Shown: one piece after another, positions 1 through 10,676 of the stretch | How positions within the stretch are numbered: position 1 is the stretch's first letter | How the letters are laid out: the number at the start of each line of letters is the position of its first letter | Source of the DNA: Paramicrosporidium saccamoebae KSL3 | Lineage: Eukaryota > Fungi > Cryptomycota | Direction of reading: 5' to 3' | NCBI GenBank assembly: GCA_002794465.1 | Contig: MTSL01000206.1 | Location: 1 to 32,000, forward strand | DNA length: 32,000 nucleotides | The notes under the pieces: generated by a model | What the model saw: the letters and a program-made list of their open reading frames with translations, nothing else | Database searches by the model: none | What the model was told of the DNA's origin: nothing | Translations under genes and position numbers: made by a program

Positions 1-2
1 GC

Positions 3-417
3 CGTTGGCTGAGCTATGCGGAGTTCCGTGCGGAGTGCACTTCCTCAAGTGCGCTTCACGACGATTACGACTTTGGGGCGAAAGCCGCATTGCTTGTATT
101 TGTTGACCCTACAGCGGCGATTCAATGCCGTAGGTGGTTTGTGGAGTACTCTATACTCCTAAAGCTGTCCTATTCCCTGAAGGGCATGGAACTAGTGGAC
201 CTGATCCGGTTCATCTGGAAGTGGGGTCCTTGACCGGGAGACCCGGTTGGATTGCACATTCCGTGCTTTCGAGAGTCTTAGGGTCACTCCTGGGATGACA
301 AAGTCTTTGTGCGTCGCACTGCTTTGCGAGCATCCAGGGCACCTGGATTCATCAGAAGCTTTTTTCAAGCTGGCCTCTCATAGAAGGATTGATGTGGATG
401 GAGTGTATTATCTCTGA
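3..417 (+). pseudogene. Family B paralog, 5' end outside the window, one frameshift near 225-231 (pseudogene or assembly error)
   Basis: Frame 3 from nt 3 reads RWLSYAEFRAECTSSSALHDDYDFGAKAALLVFVDPTAAIQCRRWFVEYSILLKL...IRFIWK, matching B1 SWLSFEEFKTEC...EKAALLIFADP...CREWFVRQALLLKL...IRLMWK. After TGA 231-233 similarity continues in another frame (LDRETRLDCTFRAF vs FNAAIRQDCFLDAF) to TGA 415-417. Not in the ORF track. Confidence 0.65.
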
Positions 418-530
418 TATAAGACTGGTTTATTGAAGCGCGACATGTGCGCCTACCAACAGCCATCTACTCAAACCTCAACCTATTGGTGCCAGGCATT
501 TTACAGATTTATGATGAGAGTTCCATAACT

Positions 531-596
531 TGCACTAGAACTTTTCAAGTATCTACAGCTCAAGAAGACTTTAGATACTTGAAAAGTTCTAGTGCA
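531..596. repeat. Perfect 25-bp inverted repeat with 16-nt loop
   Basis: 531-555 TGCACTAGAACTTTTCAAGTATCTA is the exact reverse complement of 572-596, checked base by base. Confidence 0.97.
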
Positions 597-831
597 CATG
601 CGATTAGCATTGCTTCATATCAAGAGGTCTTCAGAAAGCTTGTCTTGAGATGCCTATCATTGTGAGAGCTATCGGTTAAACGTCGGGACATCAGTTTCGT
701 TGATTCTGCAAGTCAGATACAGCGCTCCTCCTTTACCCTAATAAAGGCTATAATTGCTAATCTCGGTGTTGTGGCCGCATTAGAAGGCCACCTGGCGGTC
801 TCTTGAGCTTGGGACCGCTGCTCCTTCTTTG

Positions 832-1400
832 GGGATACTATGGGACCGCTACTTGTGGCGCTGCCGCAAACTGCGTAAATCTGGAGAGAGAACCGCCACT
901 TTCTGCAGGCTCCGTCCGGTGGATGGGCCGATTAGCTTTTTCCAGGCAGTATCCGTACGCCGTAAATCATCCTTCTCATTATTCTAGATCGCCTTCCAAG
1001 ACTACAAAAGAATCGACGTAGAATGTCTTTCTCGAATGCCATTGCCAATATTGAGGAAGATCTTTGAATCAAGGGTTTGGGGCCGCCAATGGCTCAGTTT
1101 TGAAGACTTTACTACGGAGTGCACCCGGGAGGTCAGCATTTATGACGTGAAAAAATCCCGTCAAAATGCTAGCCTCTTGCTTTTGGTAGACCCACTAGTG
1201 GCTGCTCAACGCCGAAAGTGGTTTGTCACACATGCAATCATGCTGGAATTGACCCAAAGCTTAATTTTAAAGTTTATGAATTAGCGAGCTCTATTAAGGG
1301 TATCTGGAAGAGCAGTGTATCTATTGATGCGGCTCGAGTAAGCTGTGCTGTTCACGAACTGAGCCTTCTAGATAGAGTAGAGACAAAGGTCTTGTCCTAA
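832..1400 (+). pseudogene. Degenerate family B copy with several stops and frameshifts
   Basis: Separate frames give WDRYLWRCRKLR...DGPISFFQAVS (cf. B1 WEWRRRR...DGMTFTQAVS), WLSFEDFTTEC...ASLLLLVDP...RKWFVTHAIMLEL (ORF 1036-1284) and IKGIWK. Boundaries approximate. Confidence 0.6.
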
Positions 1401-1741
1401 TATATGGGTGTGATGTAGAGGATTGATTAGTATGTGCTTTGGCAACAGTTCCCAAGTTTGGAGAAGAGACAATCGGAACAATCGATGAAGGATAATGAGA
1501 TCTATATCATTTTAGGACTACTGGGTGATTTGTCAGACTATAAAAGAGTCGTTGGATTAACTGAATAAGTTTTCTTCTCGTCCCATCCCGCCCTTTCCCG
1601 CCTGAAAAAGTCCGTGATATTATCCGCACTATGCGACATGGGGATCTTGACAATTAATGGATCGACTAGAAACTACTCAAATAATAGATTCCTGCATCGA
1701 GGCCAAGCAGCCATCGTGCAAACATGCAACAATTTACACGT

Positions 1742-3185
1742 TCAGGAAGTGTTTTTATTTTTCTGAGCTCGATACCAAGCGAGTAATAGCTCGTGTGAAG
1801 ATTTGTACTCTAGCCGACGAAGATGCAGATTGCATGGATTCCCAACAGTTGGGATCACCCAGTCATACTGCAGCCAAGGCGCATCTAGAAAGTCGACCAG
1901 CTCAGAGAAACTACTATGCTCTGAATAGGGTAGCGACATTACTGCAATGGCATCCTTCCTTTTAACAGGCTGGCCATGGGCATCCTTTCGGATGTGCGGG
2001 TGAAAAGATAGTTCACTACCTCTGGATGAAAAGGTCCATCCTGTTGGTCTGATGGCTAGGACATGCGTAAAACGGGGCCAAACCGAGTCTAGAATGTTTC
2101 CAATGTTCTAAATACGCATGAGAATCAGATACTTTGCATACTATGGCGTCGAGATCCATCATTGAAACGAGATGGACCAGCGCCTCGTCAGACTCTGCTG
2201 TTATCCTCTCTGACAATTCTGGCCATTCCAGACACTTGAACACTGTCCTTTTCCTAGCAGTGCAGAGAATCTTGGTATCCAACATCTTTGCCACTGCCAA
2301 GGCCACCTTTTCTTTCCCAATAAGATAGGATCCTACCAGAAAAAGTCTCCTGATCGGAATAAATGCACGTTGATCATTCTTGATGATGCGCGAGACGTGA
2401 TTGCAGCAGTTTGAGATGGCTTCGTGTTGACTGGGAAATGAATACTGAGGATCACAATAGGTCGTGTCGAGGTATACTGCGTCGAATCGGGGGATTTGAA
2501 GTTCTTGCCAAACCGGGTCATTATTCAGCTGCCGTGATCCTCGAAAATCTCCAGTGTGCAACAAATGACGGCAGGAGCCATCGTCATTCTTTATGCGGAA
2601 TACAAACATGACTGAGCCAGGACAGTGAAAGGCATCAACTAGGAATACATCCAGCAGCCCCACAGTGGTCCATGCACCAAGGGGAATCTTGCGAATCTTG
2701 TGCTCATCCACCTGCAAAACGGCAACCACCAAATTCCCGGTAGCTTCGGAGCAAACCACGCTGCCCCAGTCAAATGTCTTGCCAAGGCCGCGGTAGTGGT
2801 CCGAATGGAAATGACTATTATTTCATCAATTATACATTGAGCTCATGTACCTGAGAAAGTAAAAATCACATCCGTCCACTCGCACATCAAACGAGTCTAC
2901 CACGTACGGTGTGCCTAAGACTCTTTTCTGTGCAGGTACCACTCCACCGTGCGGGAGACGCGGTAGACGAGACTCGGAGCCGTTAACCGTAGGCTTGTCA
3001 GGAATTCCAAAAAAGGTAGACAAGGTTGATTGCTTCTGGACTCCAGGCGGGGAGCTCTTAGGAGACGGCACGCCGTCTATACATGCATTTACATGAATCT
3101 CGGCCGACGACTATAGCATGAAAAATTTCATTGTCTAAAATACAGGGTCAGCTGACAATGGGCGACAGCAAATAGGACATTCCAT
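1742..3185 (-). CDS. SNM1: SNM1/PSO2 (DCLRE1A-like) DNA interstrand cross-link repair nuclease, about 446 aa; introns 3111-3143, 2815-2850, 2108-2141
   Basis: Splicing restores a UBZ-type finger (MECPIC...IHVNACID), the MBL motif FLSHFHSDHY, DAxHCPGS, LHTGDFR, YLDTTY, GSYLIGKEK, and beta-CASP motifs IRPTGW and PYSEHSSF. All three introns are GTA...TAG and keep frame. Confidence 0.93.
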
Positions 3186-3259
3186 GACAAGCCTGATCAA
3201 TGCGCTGTGCTGCTGCCAAATATACTATTAGTATGCACAAAAAGCGACCTTGTATACGG

Positions 3260-3341
3260 GACACGATGGCCGAGTGGTTAAGGCGTGTGACTAGAAATCA
3301 CATGGGCTCTGCCCGCGCAGGTTCAAGTCCTGCTCGTGTCG
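3260..3341 (+). tRNA. tRNA-Ser, anticodon AGA (3293-3295), intronless, long variable arm
   Basis: Acceptor stem GACACGA/TCGTGTC, D-arm TGGCCGAGTGGTTAAGGC, anticodon stem TGTGA/TCACA around CTAGAAA, variable arm GGGCTCTGCCC, T-loop GGTTCAAGTCC; no encoded CCA. Confidence 0.97.
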
Positions 3342-3346
3342 AATTC

Positions 3347-3352
3347 TTTTTT
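3347..3352 (+). terminator. RNA polymerase III terminator (T6)
   Basis: Six Ts starting 5 nt after the tRNA discriminator base. Confidence 0.8.
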
Positions 3353-3519
3353 GCTCGCTCCACTAATGCGCTTATTATTGTGTATTTACAATTAGTTTCA
3401 AGTAGCATGTCTCGGTCAATTTTGCAGCACTGCTGGTGCCGGGAAAACACAGGCGCGCTCTGAATGAACCACGTATAAAGGGTCATTGATCCCAGTCTCG
3501 CGCATCGTTCAAATGCTGT

Positions 3520-4127
3520 TTATTCAGTCTCTACAGAGGTAGTATTGATTTTGAATTGAATGTGGTTTGGACTAACAAGGAGCATCTCAATAACCTTGCT
3601 CACCATACTCCGAACAAACGATTCCACCTTTCCCACATTCTTCAAACCTAGAACGTTAGCAAACCCGAATCTAGCTTACTATGTCGGTTAGGATCGCCAA
3701 TCTCAGAGTCGAAATCAAAAGTAAAGTCGCTTTCCTTTTCTTTCCTCAACGACAGAGTCACACTCGTGCCTATATAGTCCAACAGCAGCACACCGTCTAT
3801 ATCCACTTGCTTGATGCATATCCTGACGGGCAAGACGGCAAACCGCGGTGCGGGGTGGTTGATAACTAAATCGCCGCGTAAGAGGGCATTTATGGGCGAG
3901 GAGTATCGAATCCTGAGCACTAGTCTCGTGTCTTCTGGGGTGGGTCCGTCCAGTATATCTTCCAGCGCAAGCTCGGGCGGGGTCTCACCGAGCCAGAGGT
4001 CTTGTATCGTGAGCTGGTCTACCAATCCGTGCGTTGGTATGTTCTTCAAATGCTCGTTAAGCGTATCCTGCAGAGTATCTAGGCTGGACGGCTTTCTGAT
4101 TTCCTCCCAATTCACCTCAAAGGACAT
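3520..4127 (-). CDS. MDM12: ERMES subunit Mdm12 (SMP domain), 191 aa; intron 3648-3679
   Basis: N-terminus MSFEVNWEEI, LWLGETPPEL, LVINHPAPRFAVLPV. A 32-nt intron (GTAAGC...GCTAAC...TAG) joins to SEIGDPNRHSLKNVGKVESFV, the conserved Mdm12 C-terminal motif. Confidence 0.88.
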
Positions 4128-4410
4128 TACGTTTGCGAAATTTACAATAACGATTCGCTATTGGAGTCCCTGGTTCGCAATTACGTGGAATGATTATTTG
4201 GACATTCGACCAAACATGAAGAGAAAGGTCAGAGGCGAGTTTATAAAAGGCAGTTGACAATAGATAGCTCCCTGTAGCGCGTTTAAATTGACACTATGGT
4301 CGTACTCTTATCATGCAACAAATGCACCATCTCGACGTTTTATTCGTCTTCCCTTAAGCCAACTTTGCGACCTGCAACTGTCGCCAAGTAAAGCGTCAAT
4401 TTATAGACTG

Positions 4411-5886
4411 CTAGTTGGAGGGCGACAATCTCGTCCCTGCCAATAATTCCATATTACGACCTGATACTTTTTTGCCCTTCCACGCCTCTAAACCTTCTCC
4501 ACCATACGAAATGAGCGGCGAAATTTCCACCTCGCCCTCAACAATGGCGCCGGCCTGAATCAGCCACTTGCCATGCAAGTCGAGGACTGCCTTTCGGCAG
4601 TGGTCAGGTGAATCGCAATCCGCACCAGCGGCATTTTTAAGTGGTGAGAATTCCTGATCGCGATCTCCTTGATAGACGACCGGCTTCTCTCCATGTTCAA
4701 AGACGTCAAAGATGAATTTTTCGAGCTTCATCCCCATCAGAGCAGTCTTTATCGGGTTACCAGCTTCGTCGATTGATGGAATCTTCTTTCTCGCCAAATG
4801 TGTGGGAAGGGACAAGTTGGCGCATTTCTCCAAGAATGGAATGGAAAAGAAATGGTTTGCAATGTTTGCGTGGTTGAACACTAGATTCCCGTCACGATCC
4901 GTCTTCTCGGCCATGTTGGCGTCAAATTCACTATATTCTGCGACCGCCATCTTGCCGTCTTGTCGGCGACAGAACACTCCGACGCTCTCTGACGGATCCG
5001 TTTTTTTAATCGTTTTAGCCGCGCAATCAGTTCCCTTCTCAATACATGCACCAATGAAAGTGGGATCGCCGATCCGAACCAATGCATTGTCCACGCAATA
5101 CATGTGGACAAATTCGACGCCGGCCGTCTTTAACTCTGCAAGGACACCCTCCTCCTTTAACGCGGCATAGATGCCCCCATTGCCATTGGGCGACAGGGCC
5201 AATGATTCTTTGTCTTTCAAGATAATCTTTCCCTCTTCTGTCAACGCGGGGAGCTCGCCCTGCTTGAAAAACTTGACGCCACCCTCTCCGAGACCAAAGA
5301 AATTGTTCGTCGTGAAAAAATCCACCGTTGCCTTGTGTGTCGCCGCTGAAGTCATAATGTACCATAGGAGCTCCTTTGCATCAGCCAACTTGATTAGTTT
5401 ACGCAGCCGCAATGCCTGCATCTCAAAGAGTGACATTTGCGAGGGTAGGCCGATATTGAAGCATCCCTTTGGGGCGGATGAGCCAAGACGAGTGCCCTGA
5501 CCACCCGCCAGTGTGACTACGGCAACTTTGCCCCTTTTGATTGCCGAGAGACCTATAGTCCAAAATTTCCCATGATCATCGTCATGGATTACATCGGTCG
5601 CTTGAAGCGGTGCGGGCTGCAACCTGCTGGTCATCTCCTTTGCAGCATCCTTGGAGGCCTTAAAGTCTTTCATGACCTGCTCAATGTCAAAGGTCTCTAA
5701 CTGTGCGAGGAACCTTGCCAGCTCGCTGCTATCAAGGCTGTCAATCCATCTGAAAATGTGCTCTTGCCCCGCCTTTACATATTTGTCACGCAAGGCTGAC
5801 GGGATTTCGCTAGTGTGGTTGTTGGTGTGGTTGCTGGTTTGGGTGGATATTACCATGCTGGATGCCGGTGGCGCATGCAACGGCAT
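4411..5886 (-). CDS. UAP1: UDP-N-acetylglucosamine pyrophosphorylase, 491 aa
   Basis: LAGGQGTRLGSSAPKG, SPNGNGG, YCVDN, EYSE, NIANHFF, KLEKFIFDVF, EFSPLKN, EISPLISYGGEGL; single ORF with ATG. Confidence 0.96.
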   Translation of the reverse strand: MPLHAPPASSMVISTQTSNHTNNHTSEIPSALRDKYVKAGQEHIFRWIDSLDSSELARFLAQLETFDIEQVMKDFKASKDAAKEMTSRLQPAPLQATDVIHDDDHGKFWTIGLSAIKRGKVAVVTLAGGQGTRLGSSAPKGCFNIGLPSQMSLFEMQALRLRKLIKLADAKELLWYIMTSAATHKATVDFFTTNNFFGLGEGGVKFFKQGELPALTEEGKIILKDKESLALSPNGNGGIYAALKEEGVLAELKTAGVEFVHMYCVDNALVRIGDPTFIGACIEKGTDCAAKTIKKTDPSESVGVFCRRQDGKMAVAEYSEFDANMAEKTDRDGNLVFNHANIANHFFSIPFLEKCANLSLPTHLARKKIPSIDEAGNPIKTALMGMKLEKFIFDVFEHGEKPVVYQGDRDQEFSPLKNAAGADCDSPDHCRKAVLDLHGKWLIQAGAIVEGEVEISPLISYGGEGLEAWKGKKVSGRNMELLAGTRLSPSN

Positions 5887-6119
5887 TTTTGATTAAGTAC
5901 CAATTAGGTCTTGTTGCTATTATTGGTAACACGTCATATGGAAGCTCCATTGTACCAAGGATTGAGTATAGAGAATTGCGTGCGAATAGCAATAATCATG
6001 ATAGTCATAATAATTGCAAGGATCGCAATAAACGCTACAATAATCCCGGCAACACGGAGGGAGGGAGAATACAAAACACGACCGATTTCGGCCAATAGAA
6101 ATCTTTGGCGGCAGTCGAC

Positions 6120-8599
6120 ATGGAGGACGGACCAAAGCACATTGATGCCATGAACCCGGCCGATTTGCACGAGAATATTGATTCGCCGCACTTTCGTCCA
6201 GCTTTTGGGGACCTCACAAACAATGAAAATTTCGCCCTCGAGTCACCCGGACAGTTGGCAAAGAAGAGAAAGTCACTTGGCCGGCGGGTTTCGTTTGCAG
6301 CAAAGGCCAAAGTGCGGTACTATTTGTAAAGTTTGACTAATTGCAGATTCATTGACAAGGACTCGGATGCGGAGGCTGCTGAATTTGCAGAAGAGGGCGA
6401 CAATAATGTCTTTTTGGTTGAAAAAACACCAGTCCGGGAGCCAAACGTTCCGAAAGAGTCGCCAAAGTCCGACATGGACATGTCGGTTGTCTCCAATGAC
6501 AGCATCGAGGTCGAGTTGAAGGACCCCCACTCTTCCTTCTCCTCCTACGATTCAGCCGAGGAGGTGGAGAATCGTCCCAGTTTTTTGTTGGACGACATGG
6601 AAATGACCAAATGTGTGGGCGGGATCATTGCACCCAGCCAAAACACGGAAGACACGACGATGGATTTGACATCTTGCATTGGCGGCATTCTGAATAACAT
6701 TCCCAACTATGCCATGTCGCCCTCTTCAGTGGACACGATGGAATTGACAAATGTCGTTGGAGGCATTCTGGGGCCTTTGAAATCTAAAGGAGCAGATTCG
6801 CCAACGGCTCCAAAAGTGGAAGATGTTGTAGAAGACATGGCCGCAGTCATCAAGACTGCCAGAATTGCTCCAGATAGTCCGTCGCCCTTCCTAGCGACCC
6901 CCACCAGACTAAACTCGCCAATGCACAGCGAAGTCTCTTTCATTGGTGATGTAGATCAACCTGGAAGTCTTGGATTTGGGGCCAGTCCGGCACCTCCTCG
7001 AACTGAGGCCGCTGAAGATATGGATTTGACAACTGAGCTATTCAACAAGTACATTGATACCAGTCGATTCAATGCCCTGACTATGCGTCCCACAGAAGAA
7101 TCGCCTCCTGCCAAACAATTGTACACGCCCCAAAGTCCTGCCATAAATCTTGTCCCTCCAACCTCTCAAACCGAGAGTCCCACCGTGACAATCATGCTTC
7201 CGAGGGCATCTCTAAAGGACTTTTTAAACGAGACAGGCGTCCGCTTCCTGGACAATATTTCGTCTCTGAATCGTCGTGAGACTACCGGTCGTCCTCGTGA
7301 ATCTGAAGTTGTCAGTGCGGCCAAGCAGCTTTTTATTGATGGTGGACTATCTTTGGAAGGGGATGCGCTCGATGATGCCTGTGTTCGTCTGGCCGGAATG
7401 CTGACTGAAATTCGAGACGATTTGCAAAAGCAAGAGGAGCAGTTTAACCATTCCCCACCGTTGGCTTTCCTTCAATATCGTGATCCTGAGGAACGTTCAA
7501 ACGTTATCAGCAAGCTCAAAACACTCAAGAGTATTGCTCGTCTGTATGCCAAACAGGCGTGGTACGAATGGCGTAATCCTGTCCACTCGGCTCTGAATCG
7601 CGATTTGGAAAAGAATGTCCAAGTTGTCTCTGAACGCGTCGCCAAGCTGATTGCCCTGGGACAGAAACTGGATGAGACTATCACCAACCTCTCTCCCCTT
7701 GTAGATGGAATCACTAGTGAGGCCGAGGTTATGCGCGAGAGATGCGATGCCATGGCTACTGATGATGTCGAGCAGGTACAGCAACTCGAGCAACTTGTCA
7801 CTGCTCAAACTGAAAAGCTGTCGACAATCGATTCGGAAATGTCCGCTTTGGTCAGTCGGGAGGAAGAGCTTCGTGCGAGCATTGATCGTGCCTTGTCCAA
7901 ACGGAAGGAACTCCAGCAAAACGTTGCCATGATTAAGCAACAGATTGATTCGGTGCCTGAAACGTCGCCCATTATCTTGGAAGAGCTTCGTAGTTCGTTC
8001 AAGCTGCTTCAGGGCGCAACCGGTTGGAGATTATTGAAAATTGCTGCCACCGAGTTGCACTTGCAATTCACACGCGCCGAACTTGGCGTCGCCTTCAAGC
8101 TTTCCCTTGACTCGACAGGGAAATCTATAGTGTCATCCGTGGCCTTTGATGCCACTCAGGTAAAGTCAAGGATACTGAAGCATGTTTCCCGCATCCTGCG
8201 TGTCCCTACTGATCTTACCCTGTCACAGGTAACACATTCATCAACCTCATATTTTAGTGTTTAATGTATGTTGGACAAAGACTAGACAGGCTGTCTCAGA
8301 TCGACAAACAGCTTCATGTCGTCGGAGTGCAGTGTACCGTTGCCATCCCTGATCTCATCGGTCCTGATACTTGCGTGATCCCCATTGCCCTGGGTTTCTA
8401 TCATCAATCGTCTCGCGCTAAATTTGATCTCCTCCTAACTTTGGATGCCGAACGACTCTCATATTCGCAATTTGTCTATTTCTATGGCGCCGTGAAAGAG
8501 CACCATGTAATGGATATTGTGCAGCTCACTCTAATGCACAAATACCAGCCGATCCGGCGCCTGGTGGCCGCAATCCAGGAGGCCATCGATAATCAATAG
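6120..8599 (+). CDS. SPC105: Kinetochore scaffold Spc105/Spc7/KNL1, about 806 aa; introns 6317-6346 and 8229-8257
   Basis: RRVSF PP1-docking motif (6285-6296). MELT-type repeats MEMT/MDLT/MELT followed by xxxGGI at 6597, 6660, 6738, and MDLT at 7020. ASLKDFLNETGVRF, WYEWR, coiled coil, C-terminal globular region. Two introns join ORFs 6105, 6333 and 8264 in frame. Confidence 0.88.
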
Positions 8600-8939
8600 T
8601 CAAAAATAGCGATTTTATCTTTTTGATGTCGGACCATGAATGTAAAGCCACGAAGCTGGCTACTGTCAGCTATTTATTTGAGAGTGCATTATAATGTTTC
8701 AGATTCGTCCATGCCCTTATGCGGTTGCAGCTATTTGGAAAGATGTAGTGCTAATCTAGTGCAGATTTAGGAATCCCTAATCCGAAAACTTTAGATCGAA
8801 CAGCCTTCTGGTGAATCCCGATAACATATGTCACCGCTTGGCGTTACTTTTAAATGTTCTATCTATGGAATCCCAACATTTGGGGGCCGAATGTCGTCAA
8901 TAGAATGATACTACCACTAATGACACCAAGTTCTCTTTG

Positions 8940-9062
8940 ATGGCATACTTTGCGTTCAGATTCACCAAAGAAAGCGCATCTGTTTCAATATTGATACAGT
9001 TTTCAACTACGCAACTGATCGTCCTCTTCCTGCTGATGGTATGGGTTGTAGCCAGTCTATTC
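8940..9062 (+). pseudogene. Family A copy A0, truncated after TM1
   Basis: MAYFAFRFTKES...LIQF...LFLLMVWVVASLF aligns to MTYLTFRFSKGS...LVQF...LLLLMAWNVGNLF, then similarity stops. The family promoter motif is present upstream (8851) but the TATA reads TATCTATG. Confidence 0.7.
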
Positions 9063-9174
9063 GAGGGCATGTCTCGTCGGAGAGTGCTGCCACAAAGTCA
9101 AGGCTTTCTAGCGAACTAAATGCATCTTGACACGTAGAAACGAAACGATATGATAGGATATGAAATGCCACTCT

Positions 9175-10440
9175 TTATTCCGTAATTTCGGTAGTATTAG
9201 GTTCCGGCATGTCGACAACGCACTGATTTCCACTGGGACCTGCAGTACTGGGCCCTGCTTGACTTGATGGGGGCGACGCGGCGTCTTCAGTCGTTGGAGG
9301 AGGAGGTGGTGGTGGGATTATCGAGCTCACCGGGCGTATCGCGTTCAGATTACACACCTCGCAATGGCTCCGGGCCCTGGGCGCCCTCTTCCTCCAGCCG
9401 TACCAGGTGGTCCTCCAGATCGGCGTCTCTTTGGAACAGCGATATCCGCAGAGCTCGCACTCCGTGGCGTCACCTGGAACATACCAAGTATCGAGCTTGA
9501 GCTCGTCTTCTGTGCACAACCTAGAGGGCTCCACGTTTCCACACTTTGCCTTAAATTTAGGCATCTCTCGGTTGATCCAGGTGGCGTCGACATCAGCATC
9601 GGCATTAGTGGTGGTGGTACCGGATACGGCGGCGGTCTTGGTAGTGTCGGTGCCATGTTGTTCAAGAAGCTTCTGGCACAGTGCCAGTGCAACAGCTTTG
9701 TCCTTGCCCTTGACCAGCCGATAAAACGCGTCCAAAAAGCAGTCCTGCCGGATGGCCGCATTGAAGCTCTTCTCTTTCCACATCAAGCGGATGATTTCGG
9801 CCAAATCACCACCCTCTGCGGCACGGAAGAGTTTCAACAGCAATGCCTGTCGGACGAACCATTCTCGACATTCGGCTACATCGGAGGGGTCCGCAAAGAT
9901 TAACAATGCGGCCTTTTCTCTGAAGCTCTTGTCTTCATCGAATGAGAGGCCCAGCAGACACTCAGTCTTGAATTCCTCAAAACTGAGCCAACTCCCGTTA
10001 CTCGCCACCGTTTCATACGTCTGTTTCAAAGACGGAAACGAAAGTAACGGGATATTGGATGCACTGATGCGTCCATACTGCTTGATCGCAGTGGATACGG
10101 CCTGGGTAAAGGTCATCCCATCCTTGAGGGCACCGTCAGGATAAAAGTTCTGGTAATATCTTCCAACGATTCTCCTTCGGCGCCACTCCCACGCAAGGCG
10201 ACCAAGCAGCACGGTTATAGGTATGATGGCCAAACCTGCCGCAACAAGATACGGCCACCACGGATGAAACCTTCCTAGAGCCGCCATGCTACCACTGAAA
10301 ACCGCTAAGATGCCAACTGTCGCCTCTGCATAGGCGAAACAGCGGTAACGACCCCGAAACTTCTTTAATCTGCGCATTGTCGCAATCAGCCCGAAGGCAA
10401 GGGCGAAGACAGCCCCAAGGACAGCGGGTGTAACGTCCAT
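9175..10440 (-). CDS. Family B copy B1: unknown protein of 421 aa with 3 N-terminal TM segments, soluble core, CxxC...HCxxC finger and Pro-rich tail
   Basis: Long intact ORF; first ATG at 10440 lies about 45 nt below a TATAAATT box; three hydrophobic segments followed by RRRR; paralogs at 3-417, 832-1400 and about 15960-16760. Confidence 0.8.
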   Translation of the reverse strand: MDVTPAVLGAVFALAFGLIATMRRLKKFRGRYRCFAYAEATVGILAVFSGSMAALGRFHPWWPYLVAAGLAIIPITVLLGRLAWEWRRRRIVGRYYQNFYPDGALKDGMTFTQAVSTAIKQYGRISASNIPLLSFPSLKQTYETVASNGSWLSFEEFKTECLLGLSFDEDKSFREKAALLIFADPSDVAECREWFVRQALLLKLFRAAEGGDLAEIIRLMWKEKSFNAAIRQDCFLDAFYRLVKGKDKAVALALCQKLLEQHGTDTTKTAAVSGTTTTNADADVDATWINREMPKFKAKCGNVEPSRLCTEDELKLDTWYVPGDATECELCGYRCSKETPIWRTTWYGWRKRAPRARSHCEVCNLNAIRPVSSIIPPPPPPPTTEDAASPPSSQAGPSTAGPSGNQCVVDMPEPNTTEITE

Positions 10441-10484
10441 TGTTCTTGCTGGTTTGATTTTACTGTTGACCAGGGGCCGAGGAG

Positions 10485-10676
10485 AATTTATAGGCTGACT
10501 GGTTCTCGGAAAACACCACAAATTTCAATGGACATGGTTGACAGGTTAAATGTTAGTCGTTGATTGGTCAATAACGAGTTAGCGATACTGATAATTGATG
10601 TGATTGGACAATACCGAGCCGACGGTACCGGCAGCAAATATGATTGGCCAAAGTAAAGACAATGGTGATTGGCTGG
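10485..10676 (-). promoter_or_regulatory. B1 promoter: TATA box plus repeated CCAAT boxes
   Basis: TATAAATT at 10485-10492; TGATTGGNCAA at 10561, 10601 and 10641 (CCAATCA on the minus strand), a fourth TGATTGG at 10666. The same TATA context (16809-16816) and one box (16932) are kept upstream of B2. Confidence 0.6.

Noticed and set aside
447-665. 72-aa ORF spanning the hairpin
   Set aside because: GTG start, no recognisable motif; more simply explained as a chance ORF over the inverted repeat.
4712-5500. Multiple plus-strand ORFs inside UAP1, and similar nested ORFs in SPC105, PYK, KIF15, RBM39 and B1
   Set aside because: Antisense or off-frame shadows of well-supported genes.
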